A stretch of DNA of 50,652 nt. It comes from Candidatus Sulfomarinibacter kjeldsenii. Lineage in GTDB: Bacteria > Acidobacteriota > Thermoanaerobaculia > Thermoanaerobaculales > Sulfomarinibacteraceae. Location of the stretch: positions 1 to 50,652 of the forward strand of contig JACXWA010000120.1 of assembly GCA_014764485.1 (NCBI GenBank), written 5' to 3'. The translations under genes and the position numbers were made by a program. A model generated the notes under the pieces. The model was not told where the DNA came from. It searched no databases and saw only the letters and a list, made by a program, of their open reading frames with translations. Below, piece by piece: positions 30,276 through 40,055 of this stretch; the first letter of the stretch is position 1, and the number at the start of each line of letters is the position of its first letter.

Positions 30276-31481
30276 CTATGTGCGGGTACGGGAAGTAGGT
30301 GATACCAGGCCGGCGGCGAGCTCCCGGGCGAGCTCCCAGTAAGGAATCGTGCGATTTCGACCAAGCTCTTTGGCCGCGTACATGCAGGTGTCGGCCTTGC
30401 GTAGGAGCTGGTCCTTGGCCTTTTTGGAATCGCGGTTCTCCGCACCGAGTTCAGGCATGATATCTGCCTGCAGGGTGGCGATTCCAATCGAGCAGGTCAC
30501 TACGCCCTCGATGCGAATACTCGTCACGCCGTCCGAGTTCTCGGGGTCAGCGCTGACCACAAATGCCCGATCAGCAATGTTCTGGCGAATGGTCTCGGCG
30601 ACCCAAAAGGTCTCCTGACGCCCTGCGCCCGGCAGGGCGATGACGAATTCGTCACCGCCATACCGAGCGGCCAACCCTTCGCCAGGGACAATCTGTTTGA
30701 GAGTCGCGCCGACCTCAGACAATAGTTGACTGCCGACAAGATGACCGTGCGTGTCGTTGACCTCTTTGAAATGGTCGAGGTCGAGGAAGATGACTCCACA
30801 TTCAGAGCCGTTCGCGACGGCATCGTCAATAATCCTCGACAAACTGCCGTGGAGATATCGATCGTTATAAAGCTCGGTAAGCTCGTCGCGTTTGGCGATT
30901 TCTTTTGATCGTTGAGCGTCGATAGCGTTTACCACCGAGAGGGAAATTGTCTGTGCGAAGATCCCAAGGAGGGCAAGATCGGCGTCGGAATAACCCTTAC
31001 CGCTCGAGTGATTGATGAGCTCGATCACACCGATCGTGCGCCCCTCGCCTTCGAGAGGTGCTCCAACGACAGAATCGATATTGAAGCCAATTCGGAGTCC
31101 GGGGCCACTTCGGAAGATCGGATCTGCGAAAGGTTCTGTACAGGAGTATGGCCGGCCGGTCCGATAGACCTCACCGATGATCCCCTTGCCGGAACTGAAT
31201 CGCTCCTCCATGAGATCGTCGGACTTGGGCCCAAATCCGGCGATCACCACGAGCGACAGCCTGTTGTCGTCCTCGTCGGTGTCCAAAGGGTCGTCCAGAT
31301 AAATGGTCCCCGCCTCCGACGGCAGGAAGTCGTTGGCGCGGTGGAGTAGCTCACGAAATATTCGGTTGAGATCAAGGTCGGCAACTGTCGAGGACCGTTG
31401 CTCGCGCTTCAAAAAATGTGCGAGCTTGGCGCTGCTGATGCAGCGAACGCCCGGCAAGCTCGATGAGGTATCTACAACCAT
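30276..31481 (-). CDS. GAF-GGDEF diguanylate cyclase
   Basis: GAF (GKGIIG, SVVGAPL, IGVIELIN); DELTELYN, DLDHFKEVNDTHGH, RYGGDEF, AD..MYAAK..GRN. Confidence 0.92.
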   Translation of the reverse strand: MVVDTSSSLPGVRCISSAKLAHFLKREQRSSTVADLDLNRIFRELLHRANDFLPSEAGTIYLDDPLDTDEDDNRLSLVVIAGFGPKSDDLMEERFSSGKGIIGEVYRTGRPYSCTEPFADPIFRSGPGLRIGFNIDSVVGAPLEGEGRTIGVIELINHSSGKGYSDADLALLGIFAQTISLSVVNAIDAQRSKEIAKRDELTELYNDRYLHGSLSRIIDDAVANGSECGVIFLDLDHFKEVNDTHGHLVGSQLLSEVGATLKQIVPGEGLAARYGGDEFVIALPGAGRQETFWVAETIRQNIADRAFVVSADPENSDGVTSIRIEGVVTCSIGIATLQADIMPELGAENRDSKKAKDQLLRKADTCMYAAKELGRNRTIPYWELARELAAGLVSPTSRTRT

Positions 31482-31532
31482 GCTATTTCAGAATAGCAGG
31501 TAGTGTCCAACTGGCCCCTGCCGAGCGGACCT

Positions 31533-31733
31533 TTAAGTATTGTTGGCGTCTTTGGTCGCGTCCTGCCCATTCTCGTCCGACGCCGTTTTTTCTTCAGTGC
31601 GCACCGAACTCTTGAAGTTGCGAATACCTTCACCGAGGCCCTTACCGAGCTTTGGTAGCTTGTTGACCCCGAAAATCAGGACGACGATCGCGAGCAAAAT
31701 CAAGAGCTCGGGAAGACCCAGACTTCCGAACAT
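31533..31733 (-). CDS. tatA: Twin-arginine translocase TatA/E subunit
   Basis: LGLPELLILLAIVVLIFG..KLP.LGKGLGEGIRNFK; GGAGG RBS. Confidence 0.95.
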   Translation of the reverse strand: MFGSLGLPELLILLAIVVLIFGVNKLPKLGKGLGEGIRNFKSSVRTEEKTASDENGQDATKDANNT

Positions 31734-31772
31734 ATCGACCTCCTAGGTTGGCGCCGCCCTATGACCTCTGTC

Positions 31773-32726
31773 TTAGCTCGCCGGATGCCGACGCCGCGAC
31801 AAGTCTAGCAGAAGGTCTACCAACTCTGAAGGGGCCTCCAGCGAGGCCAGTTCCGGCGCGATGCGGCGAACCATCTCCTCCGCCCAGATTTCGTATGCTC
31901 TGGCGCCATCTGCGGCAAGTCTCGCAAAGGTCCCGAGAACCTTGAGGCCTCGCTGCACGCTCACCAACCGCCACCGGTCCAGCCAACCCGCCTCTGCATC
32001 GGTATCCGCCGCCCACGACTCCAGGATCTGAATCCTCTCTGTCTTTTCGAGCACGCGCGGCATGCCGCGCTCACCAAGGAGTGATGCCACATCGTAGGAG
32101 TCTGGTCCGACCAGAATGTCCTGGTAATCGATCAGACCGACGGAGCCGTCCGCGAGGAGGAAAAGATTGTTGAGATGGTAGTCGCGGTGGCACACGCGTT
32201 GCGGATGTTCACCGATGGCTCCGGCAAGCTCGTCAAGCCAGTATCCAACGGATGGGGACGGCGTGACCTCGAGTTGGTGACGACAGAACCAAAGCTCGAA
32301 GCCGGCAAGTTCCCACCTGAGGCGCGAGCGATCCAGGGGCGGGTTCCACGCCGGCGAGTTGGTCGGCTGGAATCTTGCGAGGGTGACCAGGGGGGCGATG
32401 AACTGAAGACCCAGCGCTCTCCGGACACTCGGTGGAGCGTCTACCAGAGCACATTCTGCGTCGTCAGGCCCGAAATCCTCGAGTATGGCCCACCCCTCTC
32501 CAAGGTCGTGGTCGAGGAGGAAGGGTACCCGCAAGCCGTGGGCGCCACACCACGCTCGCACCTCGAGATCCCGGCTCATCTGACCTCGAACGTTTTTTGG
32601 GTAAAAGGTGAGCAATGCGGTCCGGTCGTGGCGATCCCAGAGCCGTACATAACGCCGAGAAGAGGCGTCGCCAGGCAAGGCCTGCTCGCGAATCCAGGGT
32701 TTCGGGAGGATGGTCGCGGAATCCAT
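31773..32726 (-). CDS. Aminoglycoside phosphotransferase family, AmgK-like anomeric sugar kinase
   Basis: LPGDASSRRYVR, LEDFG, HRDYH..NL, IDYQD..GP..YDVASLL, QR.LKVLG.FARL. Confidence 0.8.
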   Translation of the reverse strand: MDSATILPKPWIREQALPGDASSRRYVRLWDRHDRTALLTFYPKNVRGQMSRDLEVRAWCGAHGLRVPFLLDHDLGEGWAILEDFGPDDAECALVDAPPSVRRALGLQFIAPLVTLARFQPTNSPAWNPPLDRSRLRWELAGFELWFCRHQLEVTPSPSVGYWLDELAGAIGEHPQRVCHRDYHLNNLFLLADGSVGLIDYQDILVGPDSYDVASLLGERGMPRVLEKTERIQILESWAADTDAEAGWLDRWRLVSVQRGLKVLGTFARLAADGARAYEIWAEEMVRRIAPELASLEAPSELVDLLLDLSRRRHPAS

Positions 32727-32876
32727 AATCCAACGTCAGTGTACTCTGCCGCAACTGGCGCCGGCCGAATAGCAAAGTCAGCTGCGGCGGTTTGCACGAG
32801 CAATGGTGGCGGGCTCGGACGATGAGGTAGGATGGGAAGACCTGGCATGGACGATGGGTTGTTCAGGTGGAGGACC

Positions 32877-33239
32877 ATGGAAGAATCGCGCACCCAAAGG
32901 CTGCAGGAGCTGTTGCGAAAGCTGGGGAAGGCCCTGCACGCAACGGTCGTGCGCTCGGATGAGGTCCGGGAATGCCTCGAGGAACTGCACGAGGACGGGT
33001 GGCAGGCGGTGATGATGCTCGAAACCTCTCTGGCATGTAGAGAGGACGGTTCGGTGGAGATTGGCCGCGGAACCATGCGGCTCCACGTCGGGGAAAACGG
33101 GTCGATGCCCGAATATCGAATCGGCGTCGATGACGCCCAGTTTCTGTCTTCGATCGGAATTTCCATTGGGCGCCACCGCTCGCCGGCGAAGATTCTGCCG
33201 CGTCCGCAGTCCGATCCGGACAGCGATTTGAAGACGTGA
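32877..33239 (+). CDS. Hypothetical protein (120 aa)
   Basis: GGAGG then ATG 32877; helical N-terminus, DAQFLSSIGI near C-terminus; upstream of rlmN. Confidence 0.7.
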   Translation: MEESRTQRLQELLRKLGKALHATVVRSDEVRECLEELHEDGWQAVMMLETSLACREDGSVEIGRGTMRLHVGENGSMPEYRIGVDDAQFLSSIGISIGRHRSPAKILPRPQSDPDSDLKT

Positions 33240-33254
33240 GCCGCCGCTCAAATC

Positions 33255-34289
33255 ATGGACGGTAGAACGAATCTTGTGGGCAGAAATTCGGTCGAGATCA
33301 CGGAGCTGATCGCGCCTCATGTCGATCGTGACTTCCGTGGTCGGCAAGTTGCGCAGTGGATTGTCGACCGCAATGCTTCAAGCTTTGGCGTTATGACCAA
33401 TCTGCCACTCGCCCTACGCCGAGACCTCGACACCCACTTCAGCCTCGAGGAGCCTGAAGTGCTGCAGGTGGTGGAGAGCTCCGATGGTTCCTGCAAATAC
33501 CTCCTCGGCTTTTCGGACGGTGTCGGGATCGAGAGCGTTTCGATGCGCGAGGGGGCCAAGGCGACCTTCTGCCTGTCTTCACAGGCCGGCTGTGCCGTCG
33601 GTTGTACCTTCTGTGTCACCGGTGCTGTTGGCGCCGGCCGAAACCTGCGGCCGGAAGAAATCGTCGGTCAATACCGGGTGATGTTACGCCGTCTCGATAC
33701 CGAGGTCGAGCGCGTCAATATCGTCTTCATGGGCATGGGAGAGCCCCTGCTCAACACCGGAAACCTCGGACCAGCTCTCACTGTCCTGTCCGAGCGTGTG
33801 AGTTTGAAACGGATCACCGTCTCCACCGCCGGTGTTCTTCCCGGGGTTCGCTGGCTCGCCGGGCTCGAGAAGCGGCCGAAGCTGGCCGTCTCGTTGAACG
33901 CTCCCGACCAGGAACGCCGGACCAAAATCATGCCAATCGCGCGCCGCTACCCCCTGGTCGACCTGATGAAGGCCTTGAGGGAATTTCCCTTGGAGCGTGG
34001 TCGGAGGATCACCTTCGAGTATGTGCTGATCGATGGTTTCAATGACGCCGAGAAGGATGCTCGGTTGACGGCTCGTCTCATCCGCGGTATTCCCGCCAAA
34101 GTCAACGTTATTCCGCTCAATGAAGATCGAGAGCACTTCCCGGATCTTCGGCGTCCGGCCGCCGCAGTGGTCGATCGTTTTGCTGCCGGCCTGCGGGACG
34201 CCGGGTTAACGGTGACGGTGCGCTGGTCAAAAGGTGAGGACGTCGCAGCCGCCTGTGGTCAGCTCAGGCAACGTCAGCCCATTCGATAG
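33255..34289 (+). CDS. rlmN: 23S rRNA/tRNA m2A methyltransferase (radical SAM)
   Basis: CLSSQAGCAVGCTFC, VFMGMGEP, LAVSLNA, FEYVLI, AACGQL. Confidence 0.95.
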   Translation: MDGRTNLVGRNSVEITELIAPHVDRDFRGRQVAQWIVDRNASSFGVMTNLPLALRRDLDTHFSLEEPEVLQVVESSDGSCKYLLGFSDGVGIESVSMREGAKATFCLSSQAGCAVGCTFCVTGAVGAGRNLRPEEIVGQYRVMLRRLDTEVERVNIVFMGMGEPLLNTGNLGPALTVLSERVSLKRITVSTAGVLPGVRWLAGLEKRPKLAVSLNAPDQERRTKIMPIARRYPLVDLMKALREFPLERGRRITFEYVLIDGFNDAEKDARLTARLIRGIPAKVNVIPLNEDREHFPDLRRPAAAVVDRFAAGLRDAGLTVTVRWSKGEDVAAACGQLRQRQPIR

Positions 34290-35005
34290 ATCATCGACCA
34301 TTGCCGCCCCGCGCCGACCCCGTCCCGACGGTAGGAGGCGAGCTCCGGAGTCAAGGCGGTACAGGGTCCTGAAATACCGATCATCGTGGATTCTAGGCCG
34401 AGATCTTCGAGTCGTGCGGCAAGGAATCCGCGCAGGTCGATCTGGCGCCCCTGCCGCCACCTCGCCTCGTCAAGATCGAATTGACGAAGGCCGTCGATGA
34501 CCTCTCGGCTGACTTCGTATTGCGGCCCCGAGATGGCTGGTCCGAGTATTGCTCGCAGGTGGTGCGGCGGAACGCCGTACTCGACTTCGAAACGACGGAT
34601 TACCGCCCCTGCGATATCGGCGACAGAGCCCCGCCATCCGGAATGTACGGCAGCGACGACACCGTCTCCAGTGATGAGAATCGGCACGCAATCAGCAGTC
34701 CATATCACCAGTCCGACTCCGGTATCAGCTGTCATCAAAGCGTCGCATCGTCCCACGCAGACGGCGTTCTCGAAGGGTCGGCCAGGTTCTGCTGCCAGCG
34801 ATGCGATGACCCGACCGTGGACCTGTTCACCCCAGCGAACGGCACCGATTTGGGTCCCAAGGTCTGTCATCAACCGACGCATCCGTTCTTCCGGCAACGC
34901 CGCCGGCCTCGCCGGGCCAATGCCGAATAGCATTCGTACGCCGTCCAGGTTGAAGTCCAGGGCAAGTTCGCTGGCGATTCTTGTCAGATTGTCTGATCGG
35001 TCCAT
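34274..35005 (-). CDS. YfiH/PgeF family (purine nucleoside phosphorylase/laccase-like) protein
   Basis: EQVHG, DALMT, TADCVPI, AVHSGWRG, LGPAI...YEV, SYRRDG..GRQ. Confidence 0.9.
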   Translation of the reverse strand: MDRSDNLTRIASELALDFNLDGVRMLFGIGPARPAALPEERMRRLMTDLGTQIGAVRWGEQVHGRVIASLAAEPGRPFENAVCVGRCDALMTADTGVGLVIWTADCVPILITGDGVVAAVHSGWRGSVADIAGAVIRRFEVEYGVPPHHLRAILGPAISGPQYEVSREVIDGLRQFDLDEARWRQGRQIDLRGFLAARLEDLGLESTMIGISGPCTALTPELASYRRDGVGAGRQWSMIYRMG

Positions 35006-35106
35006 GGCCCAATGATACAATTCAGGCCCTTGGGGGGTGTGTTGAGGGATCACTGTCAGGGGTGCGAAGCAGCCCGAAAAGCGTTATCGCGAGCGCTTTC
35101 TAGCTC

Positions 35107-35775
35107 GTGATTCGTCTCCGTTCCGTCTCCAAGGAATACGAGCGACGCACCATTCTCGATGCTCTCGACCTCCAGGTTGACGCCGGTGAATTCGTATTTC
35201 TAACCGGACCATCGGGCGCCGGCAAGACGACACTACTGCGCATGCTCTACGCCGCCGAACACCCGACCGAAGGCGAGGTGTGGGTAGCGGGTCGACGAAT
35301 CGACGAGATGGTGCGAGCTCAATTGCCGTTGCTGCGCCGCAAGATCGGCGTCATCTTTCAGGATTTCAAGCTTCTGCGTCGCAAGACCGTGCTCGAAAAC
35401 ATCACCTTCGTCCTACGCATCCATGGCATCGCACCCCGTGAAGCCCATCGCCGGTCCATGAAAGTGCTCCGGCGCCTCGGTCTGCAGAATCGACAGGCGG
35501 CGTTCCCGGATGCGCTCTCCGGAGGAGAACAGCAACGTGTCGCGATCGCCCGTGCCCTCGCCTACCAGCCACGGCTGATCCTCGCCGATGAACCCACCGG
35601 CAACCTCGATGCCGATCTCGCCTCCGAGCTTCTGAGTCTGCTGTGCGACATCAACTACCAAGGGGCGACGGTCCTGGTGGCCACCCATGATCACGCCATA
35701 CTCGAGTCGATCCCCGCCCGTACCCTGGTCCTCCATCAGGGCCAAATTCACTATGATGGGATGTGGCCGCCGTGA
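35107..35775 (+). CDS. ftsE: Cell division ATP-binding protein FtsE
   Basis: FLTGPSGAGKTT, LRRKIGVIFQDFKLL, LSGGEQQRVAIARA, ADEPTGNLD, VATHD. Confidence 0.92.
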   Translation: MIRLRSVSKEYERRTILDALDLQVDAGEFVFLTGPSGAGKTTLLRMLYAAEHPTEGEVWVAGRRIDEMVRAQLPLLRRKIGVIFQDFKLLRRKTVLENITFVLRIHGIAPREAHRRSMKVLRRLGLQNRQAAFPDALSGGEQQRVAIARALAYQPRLILADEPTGNLDADLASELLSLLCDINYQGATVLVATHDHAILESIPARTLVLHQGQIHYDGMWPP

Positions 35776-36626
35776 TCCGGCACGCCTTCGCCGAAGGCCT
35801 TATTGTCTTGCGTGAGCGGGCAGTAGTCAGTGTGATTCTGGCGTTTGCCCTTGGGGTGCCGATCGCTTTTGCCGGAGTCGGCCTGACCCTTCAGCACTGG
35901 TTGGGTCCGGTCGCGGACCTCTCCGGCCAGAAGAGTTCCGTGGCGGTGTTGCTGCATCCACAGATGGAGTCGGGCGAGCGGCGACGATGGATCGCAGAAA
36001 TAGCGATCGATCATCCGCGCTGGACCGTCTCGGAGGTGTCGAGCAGCGACCTTGCCGAACGCCTGCAACGCTGGTTTCCATACCTCGAAGACCTGATTAA
36101 TTCTGGCGATGCCGCATTGCCATCGCTTGTCGAGATCCTCACCGACAATCCCGATTCTGTGACAGTGCTCGAGGGTCGGGCGGAGGTACTCGCCATTGGT
36201 CCTCGTTCCTCGATCCAACAGACCCTCGGACGGGTCGCGCGTGGTCTGGCCCTGATTGTAGGTGTCGTCAGCTTTGTGCTGTTGGCGGTGGCGGTATTAC
36301 TGGCTGCGGTGTGGGTCCACCTCGAGCTCTATCGACATTCCGACGAGGTGATCATAATGCGTCTCGTCGGTGCAACCGAGGGCACAATTCGCGGCCCATT
36401 CCTGGTCGCGGTCGCGATTCCCGGATTGGTGGCCGGAATCCTCTCGGTGGTGGGTTCGCTCGTGACGGTGTCGGGCCTTTCGCAGCTCGCCTCCGCCCTC
36501 GGCCTCTCGGCGATGTCGATTCCTGCGAGCGTCCTCGCCGGGCAACTTGCGGCCGGTGTTTTCCTGCCACTGCTCGCGGCTGTGGTCACCCTTGCTCGGT
36601 ACGCCGCCGACGCCACCGAGGGCTGA
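35772..36626 (+). CDS. ftsX: FtsX-like permease
   Basis: GTG overlaps ftsE stop; 4 TMs; EVIIMRLVGAT...IRGPF motif. Confidence 0.85.
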   Translation: MIRHAFAEGLIVLRERAVVSVILAFALGVPIAFAGVGLTLQHWLGPVADLSGQKSSVAVLLHPQMESGERRRWIAEIAIDHPRWTVSEVSSSDLAERLQRWFPYLEDLINSGDAALPSLVEILTDNPDSVTVLEGRAEVLAIGPRSSIQQTLGRVARGLALIVGVVSFVLLAVAVLLAAVWVHLELYRHSDEVIIMRLVGATEGTIRGPFLVAVAIPGLVAGILSVVGSLVTVSGLSQLASALGLSAMSIPASVLAGQLAAGVFLPLLAAVVTLARYAADATEG

Positions 36627-36641
36627 CAAAACAGAACCGTC

Positions 36642-36671
36642 AAAAAAAGCGCAGCCAATCGGCTGCGCTTT
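36642..36671 (-). terminator. Rho-independent terminator of exbB...TPR operon (possibly bidirectional)
   Basis: AAAGCGCAGCC-AATC-GGCTGCGCTTT hairpin preceded by A7 on the plus strand (U7 tail on minus). Confidence 0.85.
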
Positions 36672-36697
36672 GAAGAGAAAATGTGGAAAACGTCGTA

Positions 36698-37930
36698 TCA
36701 GCGACAGCGTTCGGAGTAGTCCTTCTCGAGCGCTGGCAGTTGATCCAACAATTGCTGCGCACTGTCGTTATCACCGATTTTCTGGAGCTCGTCAACCTGA
36801 AGTCGGAGAGCGGCGATCGTCTTCTTGAAGTCCGCACATTCCTTGTCGGCTGCCTGATTTTGGGCAGCTTTGCTCTTTTTGTCTTCCATTTGGCGCACCA
36901 TCGATTGGTTGCCCGCCTCCTGATACCAGCTGATGGCGTTGTTGTAGTCTTTCTTCTTGTCGTAGATGAACGCGCCCTGGTTGTAGATCTGGTTTCGAAG
37001 TTTTCCAGAAGCGCCTATCTTCAGAGCCTGCTGGAGATCTGCGAGCGCAGGGTTGAGCTGGTTAATCTGTGTCTTGCACTGGGCGATGTAGTAGTAGACG
37101 AGGGCGTTGTTGGATTGCTGGGACCTGGCCTTGTCAAACGAGGCCTGTGCCTTCTGATACTGCTTGGCGCCAAGCCAGGCTTCACCCGCAAGAAGCTGGT
37201 GCTCAAAGGTCGGGGAGGCGTTGGCCAACCGGTCCGCGATCTGCCCGGCCTGGTTGTAATAGTTGCTTTTGCTCGAGTTTGAACTCGAACGCCGGGCGAC
37301 TGATATCGCCGCTTTCACCGCATTGCGGGCACTTGTGGCATCTTTGGCGTTGAGGTCGTATGCACTTTTATATGCCTCAAATGCCTTGGCTTCGTCACCC
37401 GAGGCGGTATATGCGGAGCCGAGGGCCTGTTGCAGACGGTAGTTCCTTGAGTCCGCTCGAGCTTGGGTCGTCAGGACACCGATGGCTTCGCCGGGCCGGT
37501 TTGTCTTGGTCGCTGCCTGAGCAAAGAGGAGAGCGTAGCTCGACCGATGTGAAGCGTCCATCGAACTCATGCTGAGAGGTTTCAACAACTCATAGGCATT
37601 CTGATACTGATCCGCCTGAAGAAGCGCCTGGCCAAGAGCGATCTTGTACGATGCCTGGCTGCCGTCGAGCTCCACCGACTTGCGGAGGCTGGCAATGGCG
37701 GGGCTCAACTGGCCAAGAGCACGTTGTGATACACCCAGCATGTAGTAGGCGCCCGCATAATCTGGGTTGGTCTTGGTGACCTCCTCGAACTCCTTGACGG
37801 CATCCGCCCAGTCCTTCTTCTTGTAGGCCTCGAGGCCCTTGTTCCACTCCGCGTGTGCCGGAAGCGCCGCCGCCAGCAACAACAGTGCTGCTGCTCCTGC
37901 GATCGTCGCACGGCTGACCCTCGATTTCAT
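36698..37930 (-). CDS. Secreted tetratricopeptide repeat protein
   Basis: Signal peptide ending AHA; multiple TPR units (e.g. AYYMLGV..ALGQ..AIASLRKSVELD). Confidence 0.85.
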   Translation of the reverse strand: MKSRVSRATIAGAAALLLLAAALPAHAEWNKGLEAYKKKDWADAVKEFEEVTKTNPDYAGAYYMLGVSQRALGQLSPAIASLRKSVELDGSQASYKIALGQALLQADQYQNAYELLKPLSMSSMDASHRSSYALLFAQAATKTNRPGEAIGVLTTQARADSRNYRLQQALGSAYTASGDEAKAFEAYKSAYDLNAKDATSARNAVKAAISVARRSSSNSSKSNYYNQAGQIADRLANASPTFEHQLLAGEAWLGAKQYQKAQASFDKARSQQSNNALVYYYIAQCKTQINQLNPALADLQQALKIGASGKLRNQIYNQGAFIYDKKKDYNNAISWYQEAGNQSMVRQMEDKKSKAAQNQAADKECADFKKTIAALRLQVDELQKIGDNDSAQQLLDQLPALEKDYSERCR

Positions 37931-37965
37931 TTTCTGTGCCTCCAGTTGTTTTAACGCAATCTGAC

Positions 37966-38802
37966 TTACATTTGTTGCACTTCACCAAGCAACGGTCTGA
38001 CCTGTTCATCGAACATCGCCGCCGTGTCAGAACCCTTGAGAAGCGAAATCGCCTTCGTATGTTGCTCTACCATCTCTCGCAGAGCATCGAAACCCTCACC
38101 GCGTTCAATCAGGGTCCGCGCTGAAGTGTACTGCTTCTCGATCGTCCGTTCACCCCCCGAACCAACAACGTCGAGTGCTACCGAACGAATTTTCTCTGCC
38201 AGGCCGAGCAATGTCACCGGGTTGGGCCCGGACTGCCACCGCTGAATGCCATCGCTGGCATCTCCTGGATTACCGAGAGCCACCAGCCCTGTGGTGATCA
38301 TTCCGAAGAGCAGCTTCGATACGTCGAATGGCGCCCATTTGAGCTCGTTGGCAATCTCCTCGATGGTCAGCGCACCATCGATACGAGTGACCAGTATCCA
38401 CTCTTGTGGACTGAGAGTCACCTGGTCCGTTCCCTGCTCGCGCGAAGCAAAGTAGGGCACGAGATCCAGAGATGGGATTTTCCGCGAAAGCACGCGCCAC
38501 TCGTCGAGGCGGCGGGCCGCCTCCATCATGAGGCTGGCGTTAGACATGTGGATGGTGACGTGTTCCGATTCCTCGCCAGGGTTGAATGAGAAGGTGCCCT
38601 GGGTCCAGATGGCCATCTCGTATACTGCGCTGTCACCGCGGAGTCGCCCGACGAGGGCGTCAACTATCTGGCCGTCACGGAGGTAGATCTTTCCCTCTGC
38701 TTCATCGCATTGGATTTCGAACGCACCCGTTTTGCCTGAGACACTCACGAGTTGAATGACGTCCGGCAGCGGAAGCTCGTTCAAAGATCCTTGCAGCGAC
38801 AT
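37966..38802 (-). CDS. DUF4388 (PATAN-like) domain protein with winged-helix-like segment
   Basis: MSLQGSLNELPLPDVIQL...KTG..I...IYLRDGQIVDA...LMMEAARRLDEW; LSPQEW..LVTRIDG..TIEEIA. Confidence 0.88.
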   Translation of the reverse strand: MSLQGSLNELPLPDVIQLVSVSGKTGAFEIQCDEAEGKIYLRDGQIVDALVGRLRGDSAVYEMAIWTQGTFSFNPGEESEHVTIHMSNASLMMEAARRLDEWRVLSRKIPSLDLVPYFASREQGTDQVTLSPQEWILVTRIDGALTIEEIANELKWAPFDVSKLLFGMITTGLVALGNPGDASDGIQRWQSGPNPVTLLGLAEKIRSVALDVVGSGGERTIEKQYTSARTLIERGEGFDALREMVEQHTKAISLLKGSDTAAMFDEQVRPLLGEVQQM

Positions 38803-38811
38803 GTTCGAGGG

Positions 38812-39534
38812 TTACTGCAGGTTGAACCGCACCGTCAGGATGTAGAGAACCTCTACCGGCTTTCCGTTAAGGGTCGACGGCTCGAACTTCCATTTGTTGA
38901 CAGCATCCACCGCGGTTTCGGTCAGTCCGAGCGGGAGCCCCCGCAGGACTTTGACGCTCTGAACACTCCCGGTCTTGCCGATCACGCATTCGAGCACCAC
39001 GACACCCTGGATGCGCGCTCTGCGAGCGGCCTCAGGATAGACAGGATTGGGCCCGCTGATCTTCTTTGGTTCGGTGATGTTCCCACCTACCACAAAACGA
39101 ATCGGACCCTCGGGCTCTGGCGGTGGCGGCGCGTCGGGCACTCCGAGAACCAGGTTGTCATCCGGAATGAAATCAACATCCTCATCGGGTTCCTGGTCCC
39201 GAATCGGCTCGGGTTCATCGGGCGTAGGATCTGGAATCGGGACCTTTTGAATCTTGGGTTTCGGGATCTGCTGCATCTCTCTCCGTGGCGGCTGTTTGAA
39301 CTTGACCTGCTTGACCACGTAGATCTTGCTCTTCTTCTCCTTGGCATCAGAGAGCCCGCCGGCAAAGGATGGCCAGTGCATGGCGAAGATGATGATGTGG
39401 AATATGACCGCGATACCCAGCGACCACCGCGCTACCTTTTTGTCCTGCCCCTCCTCGAGGGCCAGCAGCTCGGCTGTGGTCATCGACATCTTGTCGTCTT
39501 TTTTCTTTGGCGCGGCTTTTGGAGAATCGCTCAT
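38812..39534 (-). CDS. tonB: Energy transducer TonB
   Basis: TM with His (AVIFH), Pro-rich linker, TonB-C YPEAARRARIQGVV...AVDAVNKWKFEP. Confidence 0.9.
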   Translation of the reverse strand: MSDSPKAAPKKKDDKMSMTTAELLALEEGQDKKVARWSLGIAVIFHIIIFAMHWPSFAGGLSDAKEKKSKIYVVKQVKFKQPPRREMQQIPKPKIQKVPIPDPTPDEPEPIRDQEPDEDVDFIPDDNLVLGVPDAPPPPEPEGPIRFVVGGNITEPKKISGPNPVYPEAARRARIQGVVVLECVIGKTGSVQSVKVLRGLPLGLTETAVDAVNKWKFEPSTLNGKPVEVLYILTVRFNLQ

Positions 39535-39545
39535 GGCTTCCCCCT

Positions 39546-40043
39546 TTACTGGATCCCGAGCATCGACCACAGGTTCTCGATCTCACGCCGGGTCGGGATC
39601 GAGATCGTTTGAATATCCGTCAGCGGCTTTCCGTGGACGTCCATGTGCAGCGGCTGGCCGTCGGCGTCCGTCCACTCGATCCTGGCCGTGCGCAGAGTGT
39701 CGAAGGCCCGGATCATGTCGCCATAAGTCGCATCAGGATCGGTGCGCAGAATCACCGGCTTTTCGGGATTCTGTTTGAGCTTGTCGAGAACATAGGGAAG
39801 CAATCCTTCGAGCGGCGTGCCATTGCCATCGATCTCGATCGCACCGCCGCGCAGGACGTGGACGTCGATCGAATCTTCCTGTTTGATCTCAGGTGTGTCG
39901 GTGTCCTCTGGAAGGGCGAAGTCGAGACCTCGATCAGCCGAAAATGCCGACGTAATCATGAAGAAGATGATCAACAAAAAGGAAATGTCGGCCATCGACC
40001 CGGTGAAGATCTCGGATTGGACTTCTTTCTTTTTGATCCTCAT
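39546..40043 (-). CDS. exbD: ExbD/TolR family protein
   Basis: SMADISFLLIIFFM TM with conserved Asp; ILRTDPDATYG. Confidence 0.9.
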   Translation of the reverse strand: MRIKKKEVQSEIFTGSMADISFLLIIFFMITSAFSADRGLDFALPEDTDTPEIKQEDSIDVHVLRGGAIEIDGNGTPLEGLLPYVLDKLKQNPEKPVILRTDPDATYGDMIRAFDTLRTARIEWTDADGQPLHMDVHGKPLTDIQTISIPTRREIENLWSMLGIQ

Positions 40044-40055
40044 GGTCGCCCCCGC

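Noticed and set aside
34274-34289. Convergent 16-nt overlap of rlmN and the YfiH/PgeF gene
   Set aside because: Short tail-to-tail overlaps are common in compact genomes
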